A stretch of 64,000 nucleotides of DNA, taken from assembly GCA_009691845.1 (NCBI GenBank), contig SIAJ01000013.1, positions 13,749-77,748 on the forward strand, given 5' to 3'. The notes under the pieces are model-generated. The model was given only the letters and a program-made list of their open reading frames with translations, ran no database searches and was not told the DNA's origin. Source of the stretch: Gemmataceae bacterium (GTDB lineage: Bacteria; Planctomycetota; Planctomycetia; Gemmatales; Gemmataceae). Position numbers and translations under genes: made by a program. Below are positions 1 through 8,521 of this stretch, in pieces. How positions within the stretch are numbered: position 1 is the stretch's first letter; every line of letters starts with the position of its first letter.

Positions 1-610
1 AATCCGGATGACAACGCGAAAGCACGATCTTCACGCGATGCCCCTGCTTGCGGACATCCAGCACCACGGCCTTGATGCGATCGTTGACCTGATGCGTTTC
101 GCCCGGAATCTGCTCGCTGCGGGGCAGGATGGCCTCCACGCTTCCCGCAGCGGATTTGCCGTCCTTCGAGATGGAAACGATCGCGGTGCCATTGTCCACG
201 CGCTGAACCGTTGCGGTGAGCAATTCGCCCTTGCGAGCCTGGAATTCGGTGAACACGCCCTCGGATTCGGCTTCGCGAATCTTCTGGGTCATCACCTGCC
301 GGGCTGCCTGAGCTGCGATTCGCCCCAAGAGCTCCGGCTCCAGCATGATGTCGCCCTTTTGGGCAATGATCTCGCCGGTCGCCCGGTCGATGTGAACGAG
401 CACATCGGCTTCTTCCGTCGAGGCACGTTCGATGGCAAGTCCGATAGCCGACTCGATGCCGCCGAAGATGATGTCCTTCGAGATATTCTTCTCGCGATGC
501 ATGGCATCTACGAGGGACAGGACCGCTTGCCGCTGCTGCGCGCGCGCGAGTTCCTTGTCGACCGATGCTTCCTTCTTGGTCTTCTTGGGTTTGGTAGCGG
601 TCTTGGCCAT
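1..610 (-). CDS. nusA: Transcription termination/antitermination factor NusA, N-terminal part (runs off the window at position 1)
   Basis: Absent from the ORF track because it has no stop inside the window. Hand translation from ATG at 610-608: MAKTATKPKKTKKEASVDKELARAQQRQAVLSLVDAMHREKNISKDIIFGGIESAIGLAIER...GELLTATVQRVDNGTAIVSI...RIKAVVLDVRKQGHRVKIVLSRCHP. This is the NusA N-domain plus S1-domain pattern. Confidence 0.8.
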   Translation of the reverse strand, partial: MAKTATKPKKTKKEASVDKELARAQQRQAVLSLVDAMHREKNISKDIIFGGIESAIGLAIERASTEEADVLVHIDRATGEIIAQKGDIMLEPELLGRIAAQAARQVMTQKIREAESEGVFTEFQARKGELLTATVQRVDNGTAIVSISKDGKSAAGSVEAILPRSEQIPGETHQVNDRIKAVVLDVRKQGHRVKIVLSRCHPD

Positions 611-628
611 CGCGATCATCTCGTTGAG

Positions 629-1690
629 TTAGCGATTCAGTCGTTCGCCAGTCGTAGCGGCGAACCAATGCAGTCGTTCGGGATTCACCCATACACCGAC
701 ACAGCCCGCGAGCGATTCCGAAGCAAAACCTCGCAGCTGCGTTCGCACCGTCACCAGGATTCGGGAGTCGTGTCTTTGGTTATCCACGACCTCAGCTTCG
801 CCAATTCGGCGATGGCCATCCCGAGGCACAAAACCGACATCCTCGGGGCGAATGCCCAGGGTAACGGGGCCTTGGTGAGGGCATGGGACCCTCAGCCATT
901 CCTCGGCCACGAACTCGTCATCCTGAGAAATTCCCTCGATCAGATTGATCGCGGGACGCCCAAAATGCAAACCGACCGTGCGGTTGCCCGGTCGGGAGTA
1001 CACTTCTTCCGGAGTTCCGGATTGAAGTATTCGCCCATTTCCAAGCAACCCGACGCGGTCGGCCAGGGCCATCGCTTCGTTCGGGTCGTGAGTTACATGG
1101 ACTATTGTGAGTGCGAACCCCCTCTGAAGCAAGTGGAGATCGCGAGATAATTTTTCCGCGAGGGGAGTGTCAAGCTGCGCCAACGGCTCATCAAGCAGCC
1201 AGATCGGTGCCCGCCGAACCAGCGCCCGGGCCAGCATGACCCGCCTCTGCTCGCCTCCGGACAACTCGTGCGGACGCCTTCCTAAACGTTCGGCGATGTT
1301 CAAGATGCTTGCGGCCTCGGCAACCTGGGCATCGATTTCCTTGCGAGGGAGTCGGTCTTTTCGGGGCCTCCGGGCTTGCTCGAATTCCAGCCCGACGCGA
1401 ATGTTCCCACACACATCGCGATCCGGATAGAGGGCGGAATGCTGCGGAACATACGCGATTCCCCGTTCGTGTGGAGCAAGGTTGTGAACGGGCCGCTCGT
1501 CGAAGTGGATCGAGCCAGCAGTTGAAGTTTCGAGGCCTGCAATCAACCGCAGCAGCGTCGATTTGCCCGACCCGCTCGGTCCCAGCAGCACGAAGTAGGA
1601 GCCGGTCGCGATTGTGAGAGTTGTTGCATGAAGGCCAACAGCCCCGTTGGGAAAGGTCTTGCGAATCTCGGTCAGGCGGATGTTGGGCAT
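629..1690 (-). CDS. ABC transporter ATP-binding protein (MalK/UgpC-like, with C-terminal regulatory/OB extension)
   Basis: 353 aa. Walker A GPSGSGKST, signature LSGGEQRRV, Walker B IWLLDEPLAQLD. ATG at 1690. Ends 18 nt upstream of the nusA start. No permease gene adjacent. Confidence 0.85.
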   Translation of the reverse strand: MPNIRLTEIRKTFPNGAVGLHATTLTIATGSYFVLLGPSGSGKSTLLRLIAGLETSTAGSIHFDERPVHNLAPHERGIAYVPQHSALYPDRDVCGNIRVGLEFEQARRPRKDRLPRKEIDAQVAEAASILNIAERLGRRPHELSGGEQRRVMLARALVRRAPIWLLDEPLAQLDTPLAEKLSRDLHLLQRGFALTIVHVTHDPNEAMALADRVGLLGNGRILQSGTPEEVYSRPGNRTVGLHFGRPAINLIEGISQDDEFVAEEWLRVPCPHQGPVTLGIRPEDVGFVPRDGHRRIGEAEVVDNQRHDSRILVTVRTQLRGFASESLAGCVGVWVNPERLHWFAATTGERLNR

Positions 1691-2039
1691 ACGATTATGG
1701 TTTAGCCACGACGCGGAGGTTTAACGCAGCAGAGCGTGGGAGCACAAGAATTGAGTGATGATGCCAGCATCCCAATTGTTGTCCGCGACGTGGCGACAAA
1801 ACTCCGCTTGTGTCGCATCTTATGGTGCAGTGACGGAGTTCGGCACCCACTACCCACTTCATATCAGAGCACGCCCCGATCGAGCCACCAGTCAGATTAG
1901 GAGTGCCACGCAACCCTGCACTTTCCTACAAAAACCCAACGATATTCTTGGGACAGCCGACTGCGGGAAGTACGATTGAGTTGCTACCCGGAAATAAAAC
2001 TGGTCTAATAGTCGAATCTTCATTCTGCGAGGTCTAATC

Positions 2040-3149
2040 ATGCGCCCGTTGGCACTATTCACACTCGTGGCAGCCATCTTTGTTCTGACCGTTGGGGCGG
2101 GTGCTCAGCCGCCTGCCGCCAAGGCCAAACCCGATCCGAAGAAGGTCGATCCCAAGGCCAAGGCCGATCCTGAGCCGGCCCTGAACATGAAAATGACGAT
2201 TGCCGACATTCGTCTCGGCAAGTCGATCCTTGGTCCCAAAGTCGAAGCCAGCGACCTGAAGGGCAAGGTTGTGCTCGTGGACTATTGGGGTATCAAATGC
2301 CCCCCCTGTATCGTCGCCATGCCCAAGACGGCTGATTTGAACGCGGAGATTGGCGATTTCGGTCTGATCATTCTTGGTTCACACGTGCAAGAAGGGAACG
2401 AGGAGGACATTCGAGCGATGGCCGTGAAATTGCGAGCGAACTTCCCAATCTCGAATCAAACACGGGTGATGGGCGCAGATGACAATCGCTTCATCCCGCA
2501 CACGCTATTGTTCGATCACACCGGCAAGTGCATTTTCCGCGGCTCGCCAAGTGAAGTCGAGCCGCATATTCGCAAGGCCGTCGGCAATGCGATCATCGCG
2601 AACGCGGGTCGCGAGAAATTCACAGCGTCCTTCGAGCCAATCCTTAAAGAACTCCGTGCAGGAATGTCTCCTTTGAAAGTCTTGCCAAGAGTCGCTGCGA
2701 TGCGGAACTTTACGGGCGATGCCGGTGCGGACGCCAAGGGTCTACTTTCCGCAATGACAGCTGGCGGCCGCAAGAAACTCGAACAGGCGGAAGCATTGCG
2801 GGAGAGTAATCCAGTCGAAGCATTCGTGATGGTCGAGAAACTTCCCATGGCCTTCAAGGGCTCGCCGCTGGCCACGGAAGCGTCGGAAATGATCGGCAAA
2901 CTCAGGAAAGAGAAGGCTGTCACGGCTGAACTGAATGCTCGGCTGGCATTGGAGGGGGTGAAGAAACTCGACCAGCAACTTGGGCTAGGTACCCAGGACC
3001 CCAAGAAGCCGGAGTTTCAGAAAGCCTATGCCCCGCTGCTCGCTCAACTGAAAAGCAAAGCCACGCAAATGAAGAAGGCGTGGCCCGATGCCCTGGCAAC
3101 CAAGGAAGCCCTGGATACGGCCGAACGTTATTCAGTGGAGATCAAATAG
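2040..3149 (+). CDS. Secreted thioredoxin-fold thiol:disulfide oxidoreductase (TlpA/ResA-like) with C-terminal helical domain
   Basis: 369 aa. N-terminal signal peptide MRPLALFTLVAAIFVLTVGAGA, redox motif VVLVDYWGIKCPPCIVAMPK, and a K/E/A-rich helical tail. Confidence 0.6.
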   Translation: MRPLALFTLVAAIFVLTVGAGAQPPAAKAKPDPKKVDPKAKADPEPALNMKMTIADIRLGKSILGPKVEASDLKGKVVLVDYWGIKCPPCIVAMPKTADLNAEIGDFGLIILGSHVQEGNEEDIRAMAVKLRANFPISNQTRVMGADDNRFIPHTLLFDHTGKCIFRGSPSEVEPHIRKAVGNAIIANAGREKFTASFEPILKELRAGMSPLKVLPRVAAMRNFTGDAGADAKGLLSAMTAGGRKKLEQAEALRESNPVEAFVMVEKLPMAFKGSPLATEASEMIGKLRKEKAVTAELNARLALEGVKKLDQQLGLGTQDPKKPEFQKAYAPLLAQLKSKATQMKKAWPDALATKEALDTAERYSVEIK

Positions 3150-3612
3150 TTCGCCGATCGCTATTTACGCCCGTTTTGCGACATGGTCGCTGGTGACGAC
3201 TCGATTCGCCTACCAAAACACCGCCGCTCTTCCACCGAAGAGGGACCCCCACCGCCTCGCCAGATGGTCGAGGCAATCGTCTATTTGAACATGATTCTCG
3301 CGTTGTCGTTGAGATACCTCAAGCCAGCTGTAAACGCGGTGGCTTCCACGCCGATGAGTTGCTCGCTCGCGTTCTTCGGGCCATTTTCGGCACTGTAATT
3401 CACGTACTCCAGGCACGCCCGGCGAATATCAGCGCAGACCAGTGCGTTCGACGGCACATGGCAATCCTACCTTCCCCGAATTGAAGATGCGTGGAAGGAA
3501 TAGACGAAACTGTTATCGCGTATTCCAGGCCAAGTACGAAGTCGACTGAGCCGTGCGACTTGAGATTGCCACGCCGACGCATATCGTGATTTCACCCTCC
3601 TGGAGATTCGTC

Positions 3613-4485
3613 ATGCACTATTTTCACGCGCTGACTGCGATCGTTATCGCGGCCTGCACCACCCTGGCTGCCGACGCGGATTTCAAGTTCACGTTGCGTT
3701 CGCGAGTTGAGGACAAGCCGACGACCAAGCCGGAAGCTTGGCCCGCGAAACAGACGGCCATCATCGTCTGCGACATGTGGGACGCGCATCACTGCCTGAA
3801 TGCTGTGCGCCGCGAGGAGGAAATGGTCGCGCGCATGAACGAGTTCCTGAAGAAAACTCGCGATCAGGGAGCGTTCATCATTCATGCCCCTTCGAGTTGC
3901 ATGGACCCGTATAAGGAACATCCCGGCCGCAAACGGGCTCAATCGGCACCCGCAGCGAAAAAACTGCCCAAGGACATCGACAAGTGGTGCACCAAAATCC
4001 CGTCCGAGGAGAAGGGCAAGTATCCGATCGATCAATCCGACGGGGGCGAGGACGACGATCTCAAGGAACACGAGGAATGGCACGCGAAGCTCAAGGCGAT
4101 GGGCCGCAATCCGAAGGCCCCGTGGAAGAGCCAGCACGCAGGACTCACGATCAAGGGCGAAGATGCCATCAGCGATTCGGGCGTTGAAATCTGGAACATG
4201 CTTGAAGAACGAGGCATCAATCACGTGATTCTCGTCGGCGTTCATACCAACATGTGTGTCCTCGGCCGGCCGTTTGGCCTGCGGCAGATGGCCAAGAACG
4301 GCAAGAACGTCGTCCTGGTCCGCGATCTCACGGACACCATGTACAATCCGCAAATGCCCCCAAAGGTCAGCCATTTTCAGGGCACACAACTCATCATCGA
4401 GCACATCGAAAAATATGTTTGCCCGACGATCACGTCCGATCAAATTCTGGGCGGCAGTGAATTCAAGTTCAAGGGGGCGAAGTAG
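3613..4485 (+). CDS. Isochorismatase-like cysteine hydrolase family protein, secreted
   Basis: ORF 3553..4485, start trimmed to the ATG at 3613 (MHYFHALTAIVIAACTTLAA signal). Motifs AIIVCDMWDAHHC and VILVGVHTNMCVLGRPFGLRQM (nucleophile Cys) fit the isochorismatase fold. Confidence 0.55.
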   Translation: MHYFHALTAIVIAACTTLAADADFKFTLRSRVEDKPTTKPEAWPAKQTAIIVCDMWDAHHCLNAVRREEEMVARMNEFLKKTRDQGAFIIHAPSSCMDPYKEHPGRKRAQSAPAAKKLPKDIDKWCTKIPSEEKGKYPIDQSDGGEDDDLKEHEEWHAKLKAMGRNPKAPWKSQHAGLTIKGEDAISDSGVEIWNMLEERGINHVILVGVHTNMCVLGRPFGLRQMAKNGKNVVLVRDLTDTMYNPQMPPKVSHFQGTQLIIEHIEKYVCPTITSDQILGGSEFKFKGAK

Positions 4486-4498
4486 CTCCATCGGCTTG

Positions 4499-4526
4499 CT
4501 CCCCCTTCCCTCTTGGGGAAGGGGAG
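4499..4526. repeat. REP-like palindrome, family B (CTCCCCC..GGGGAG hairpin), just 3' of the hydrolase gene
   Basis: ctcccccttccc-tctt-ggggaaggggag, a near-perfect 12-bp stem with a one-base register shift. Same family as 23755, 57652 and 60115. Confidence 0.6.
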
Positions 4527-4529
4527 ATC

Positions 4530-4744
4530 TGATTCCCGGAAAGCGCGCCCTCATCTATCTGCCGACGCCGATCGATACGTCCGCCGCAGAACTCTCGCCC
4601 GATTTGCTCGAACTCACGGAGTGGTTGGCGAACAACGCATGAAAGAGGTACTGGTGATTCGGGCCCGTCCGCGATGATGCGAAGAAAGAACAGTCCTGCT
4701 TGATCGCTCACGAGGAACTGCCAGACGGCGATGGAAACGCTTAG
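4530..4744 (+). pseudogene. Decayed RyR (ryanodine-receptor repeat, PF02026-like) domain gene remnant
   Basis: A single frame reads ...GKRALIYLPTPIDTSAAELSPDLLELTEWLANNA*KRYW*FGPVRDDAKKEQSCLIAHEELPDGDGNA*. The remembered bacterial RyR pattern is Y.P.PIDTS..L...L..L.E.LA.N.H..WA......GW.YG..RDD..K.HPCL.PYEELPE. In-frame TGA at 4640 and 4655, roughly 8 codons missing between them, and no start codon. Confidence 0.5.
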
Positions 4745-4777
4745 ACTGATTGCTGCACTGGGGTATCGAATCACTCG

Positions 4778-5938
4778 TTAATCTTTGCGAACCAACACAT
4801 CGGCCACATCGAACGATCGGCCTTGAACAACAGCGCGACGGATTGGCCATTCCAGAGGCGGGCTCACCGCACGCCAGTTATCTTCCACGATGCAATAGGT
4901 GTCGACCAAGGACGCGGTCCCGATACGCTCCTTCCACAACACGGCCCAGCCGTTGGTCCAGCGATCTTGAGAAGTCTGCAAGAATAACCCTTCCGATGGT
5001 TCGCGTCCCGTGAGGGCGACGGGAGTCGAGGTCCACCACTCGTGCTCGAACGCGGCCTGCTTCAGAAGCACATTCCCAGCATTGATCGCGTGGACGACTC
5101 GCTCGCCGATCTTCATCCCGCCGAGATGCGTGAGCCGAAACCGAATCGCCGCTTCGTATTTCGCGCGCTCGACCTCGTGCGGAGTCTCGCGAAAGACGGT
5201 GCGCGAGGCCGTCGCATGTAAGCCGAACTTCCGTCCCGTCACTTGCAACACGCACGACTGATCGACCGGTTCCGAGCCAAAACCACGGCTAGGCATGTTC
5301 CGAGCCCGACCATCGCCCATGATTTGCAGAGCCATCGGCTCCACCCCATGCCGATACAAACGATGCGCGAGATGCCCGGCGATCTCGTCCTCCGGATCCC
5401 CCCAGGCGAAATTGCGGGCCGTCGCCTCAAGTGCGTGAACCACGAACTTGCCGAGTTCTGCCATCCGCTCGATCTCGAACGCGCTGAGCTTGCGTCGCTC
5501 GTTCGCGAAAAACGTGCCGGAGGGTTTGCAATCGCGAAAAGACTGATCCGAGATGATTTTTCGACTGAAGACGAGATCGGCCAGCATCTGCTCCCGGCTC
5601 GTGGACCAGTGCCATTCCTTGACTTGAAAGCCGAGACCGTCCAGGTTTTCCGCGAAGAACCGGGCCGAGTCGATGGAGGAACTCAACAGCCAGCGTTAAT
5701 GTGAATTGAGGAACAGGCCGGGCAATTCGTCGTGGCCGAACAGGCCCACCGGATCGGCTCCCGAGGTGAGCCCGCGAAAGTTTGCGGGATGAAGGATCAG
5801 CAGGCCTTCGCAACCGCTATCGTGCAATAGGTTGGCAATTCCCTGTTGCTTGACGTCGATGTCCAGCCGACGAGCATCGAGCTCGGCCAGGGCTGGCATT
5901 TCGAGTGTCTGCGAGTCGGGGGGCATTTCAGATTCCAT
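4778..5938 (-). pseudogene. M24 (creatinase/prolidase-fold) family protein interrupted by one in-frame TAA
   Basis: ORFs 5696..6016 and 4778..5686 are in the same frame. They are separated only by TAA (5696-5698) plus 3 codons: ...ELPGLFLNSH*RWLLSSSIDSARFF... The stop falls inside the creatinase-N-like domain (LLILHPANFRGLTSG...). The C-terminal part has the pita-bread-fold pattern. The start is uncertain (5938 or 5926). Confidence 0.55.
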
Positions 5939-6446
5939 ATGGTCGATCCACGCGGCCCTCGGCATAGGCCCGTGCCAGTTCCAAGTAGCGAGCGTTGATG
6001 GCCCGCGTCTTCGCAATCTCGTCGATTGTCGCGGAGCGAACGACCCGACCGGGAATACCCATCACGACTGAGCGAGCCGGAATACGGGCACCTTCCACCA
6101 CCACGCTACCCGCCGCGATGATGCATTCCGGACCGACGTCGCTCCCGGAAAGCACTCGGGCCCCGATGCCGATCAAGGTATCTGCACCGATGTGCGATCC
6201 GTGCAACACTCCCGCATGACCCACGACGACACCGGCTTCAATCGTCAGCGGCTTCCCAAAATCCGTGTGCAGGATGGAGCCATCCTGAATGTTCACTGTT
6301 TCGCCAAGTGTAATTCTCGCGATGTCGCCACGAATGATGGTCCCAAACCAAAGGTTGGCCCCCGCGCCGAGCACGACGTCGCCCGTCACGATTACGCCGT
6401 CGGCAAGGTACGCCCCTTTTTCCACGCGCATTTTGGGTTCCTCCAT
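5928..6446 (-). CDS. Gamma-carbonic-anhydrase-like / hexapeptide-repeat (LbH) family protein
   Basis: VIVTGDVVLGAGANLWFGTIIRGD...VNIQDGSILHTD...VVVGHAGVLHGSHIG...IGIGARVLSG...IIAAGSVVV, typical left-handed beta-helix repeats (YrdA/PaaY-like). Start trimmed to MEEPKMRVEKG. Confidence 0.8.
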   Translation of the reverse strand: MEEPKMRVEKGAYLADGVIVTGDVVLGAGANLWFGTIIRGDIARITLGETVNIQDGSILHTDFGKPLTIEAGVVVGHAGVLHGSHIGADTLIGIGARVLSGSDVGPECIIAAGSVVVEGARIPARSVVMGIPGRVVRSATIDEIAKTRAINARYLELARAYAEGRVDRPYGI

Positions 6447-6524
6447 TGTCGATTGTCGATCGAAGATGAAGATGGACGTTGCCTTTGCAATGATCATCCT
6501 GCTTCCATCGAAAGTCCGCAATCC

Positions 6525-7337
6525 ATGTTGGCCGTCGTTTTCCCGTTCGACCTGTTCGGCTCGGCAGGCACCGGGCCGGGTGCCCTGTTGCTAGGCGACG
6601 CGCTCCAGGAAATGCTGGACGATGCCAACGAAGAAACCCAGCCCGCCCGTGCCGAATCGTATCGCGATCAGCTTTCCATCGAAGAGTTCACGTTTGAAAC
6701 TCTTGAGGAATGCAACCAGTGGCGAACAACGGCAACCGAGGCCGTTCGTTCCGCCTTCAAGGAGAAAAAGCGACTCTTGTGGATTGCAGGCAATCATCTC
6801 GGCGTACTGCCGATCTACGAAGAACTGGGTCCAAAATCTCTGGTGATCCAGTTCGATGCCCATCTCGACATCTACAACCTCTCGGACAGCACGACGGAAC
6901 TTTCGCACGGGAATTATTTGCTGCATGCGAAGGGGCCAATCCCGTCAATCGCTCATGTCGGCTCGCGGGATTTGTTTTTGCCCGAGGAACATTCACGCAA
7001 CTATTTTCGCTATCAGGCCCCGGCCGAGCAAGTCGCCTCTGATCCCGACCGCGTGATTCGCGAGATCGCAAGCCTGGCCGCCAAAGCCAAACAGATTTGG
7101 ATCGACATCGATTGCGATGTGTTCGACCCGGCGTATTTCCCGGCCGTGCAGCATCCGCAACCGTTCGGGCTGTCGCCGGCGTTTGTGCTGCGCGTTCTCT
7201 CCGCGATCTGGTCGGACAAGGTCGCAGGCGTTTCGATATCCGAATTTGATCCGGGCCGCGACCGCAACGATCAAAGCCTGGCAACGCTGATTTGGTTGGT
7301 CGAATGGTGCTTGCTAATGTGGAGTGAGCCAAAGTAG
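6525..7337 (+). CDS. Ureohydrolase (arginase/agmatinase/formimidoylglutamase) family protein
   Basis: The ORF track starts at 6192, but that part overlaps the opposite-strand LbH gene. The ATG at 6525 gives MLAVVFPFDLFGSAG... Mn-ligand motifs: QFDAHLD, IDIDCDVFDP, SISEFDP. Confidence 0.75.
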   Translation: MLAVVFPFDLFGSAGTGPGALLLGDALQEMLDDANEETQPARAESYRDQLSIEEFTFETLEECNQWRTTATEAVRSAFKEKKRLLWIAGNHLGVLPIYEELGPKSLVIQFDAHLDIYNLSDSTTELSHGNYLLHAKGPIPSIAHVGSRDLFLPEEHSRNYFRYQAPAEQVASDPDRVIREIASLAAKAKQIWIDIDCDVFDPAYFPAVQHPQPFGLSPAFVLRVLSAIWSDKVAGVSISEFDPGRDRNDQSLATLIWLVEWCLLMWSEPK

Positions 7338-7344
7338 TGGCTGT

Positions 7345-8307
7345 CTAAAACCGCTTCAGGAAGCCAATGGTTAGGCCGTGCAGCAAATAATCGGCGTCCG
7401 GCTGAGTCGGCCGGTCGAAGTTGCTGACATAGAGAAGTTGATAGCCGAGAGTGCCCCAGATGGATTCGCCGAGTTGATAGCCGACGCGAGCACCGAAGTT
7501 TGGCACGAGACACCAGTCGCTTTCGACGGTTCGAACCGAGCTGCGATCCAGTGTTTCTGTAACACTTCCGAATGCCAGCTTGCCTAGTGCTTCAGCGAAA
7601 TACGGACCAAACCGATATTGGGCATTGATGCCGATCTGCCCCGCGTTCAGGGTATTTACTGCGTGCTGATCGTCGAGAAAGGTAGGGGTACTGAACAGGT
7701 ATGTCTCGTCGAATCTCAGATAGCGATAACCAATCAGCCCATCGATTCTCAGCCGCTCCTGCGAGTACAATTCTGCCCGCAAATTCACGTCCCCCGTACT
7801 CAGGGTGAACGGCGATTGGATAGTTCTTGCGAATTGCGAATCGTTGAAGTCGGCACGCGTGGTCAGGATACTCAGATCGAGGCCTGCAGTTCTTTCCTCA
7901 GAAAACCAGTACCCGGCCTCTGCAAACACTCCATACAGAAATCGGCGATCCACACTCGGCAGATTCGAGGACTTGCCGACGAAGAAATCTGCCTCGAACC
8001 AGAATTGCCGGCACGGTTTGCAGTCGCCATCGCAACCGCCAGTCTTGCAATCGGGACTCTGTTCGGGAAGATAAACGTGGTTCGGGTTGTACTCGTTCGC
8101 GCAAGATCGGCACGGCTTTCGCGAAGGCTGTTTCCCCTCCGGCATTGGTAACAGAATGGGTGGGTCGTAGTTCGGTTCGGTCGCGAAGGACTGAGCGATG
8201 CGCCCGGATGGAATTGGCAGCGTTCCGGTAGGCGGTAGTTCTTGGGCTTGCGCAGGCGTGCAAGCTACCAGAAGGAACCATGCTCTCAGGAACCGTCGAG
8301 CCGTCAT
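7345..8307 (-). CDS. Outer-membrane beta-barrel protein (planctomycete BBP7-like)
   Basis: Signal MTARRFLRAWFLLVACTPAQA, a Cys-rich N-terminal segment (CRSC...CKTGGCDGDCKPC), alternating beta-strand pattern, and a C-terminal aromatic residue (...GLTIGFLKRF). Confidence 0.5.
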   Translation of the reverse strand: MTARRFLRAWFLLVACTPAQAQELPPTGTLPIPSGRIAQSFATEPNYDPPILLPMPEGKQPSRKPCRSCANEYNPNHVYLPEQSPDCKTGGCDGDCKPCRQFWFEADFFVGKSSNLPSVDRRFLYGVFAEAGYWFSEERTAGLDLSILTTRADFNDSQFARTIQSPFTLSTGDVNLRAELYSQERLRIDGLIGYRYLRFDETYLFSTPTFLDDQHAVNTLNAGQIGINAQYRFGPYFAEALGKLAFGSVTETLDRSSVRTVESDWCLVPNFGARVGYQLGESIWGTLGYQLLYVSNFDRPTQPDADYLLHGLTIGFLKRF

Positions 8308-8478
8308 TGTGTCTCTTGGTTGGACTGTCCGAAGATTCGTGCCTGCGCTGCCTGAACTATCGGAATTCCGCGCTCGAACACTACATACCTTCCTCAAACT
8401 GGCCGATAATTAGGTGTGGCGAGCTTGCCAGGATCGCCCAGTTTATTTCTTTGTTGGCTGCTGCTCCGAATGCGAGTG

Positions 8479-8499
8479 TCGGCACACGGAGTGTGCCGG
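8479..8499. repeat. REP-like hairpin, family A (CGGCACAC-GGA-GTGTGCCG)
   Basis: Perfect 8-bp stem and 3-nt loop in the divergent intergenic region. It creates the translation artefacts ..RHTECAG.. and ..GTRSVPAP.. in the ORF track. Confidence 0.65.
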
Positions 8500-8521
8500 C
8501 TCCTATCAGGTGAGGCGATTT

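Noticed and set aside
8-1150. A 380-aa plus-strand ORF.
   Set aside because: It is antisense to the clearly recognisable nusA and ABC ATPase genes. It has an Arg/Gly/His-rich composition and no motifs, the typical high-GC shadow ORF.
6192-6524. The 5' extension of the ureohydrolase ORF (track start at 6192).
   Set aside because: This part overlaps the opposite-strand hexapeptide-repeat gene and has no ureohydrolase similarity. The ATG at 6525 gives a normal N-terminus.
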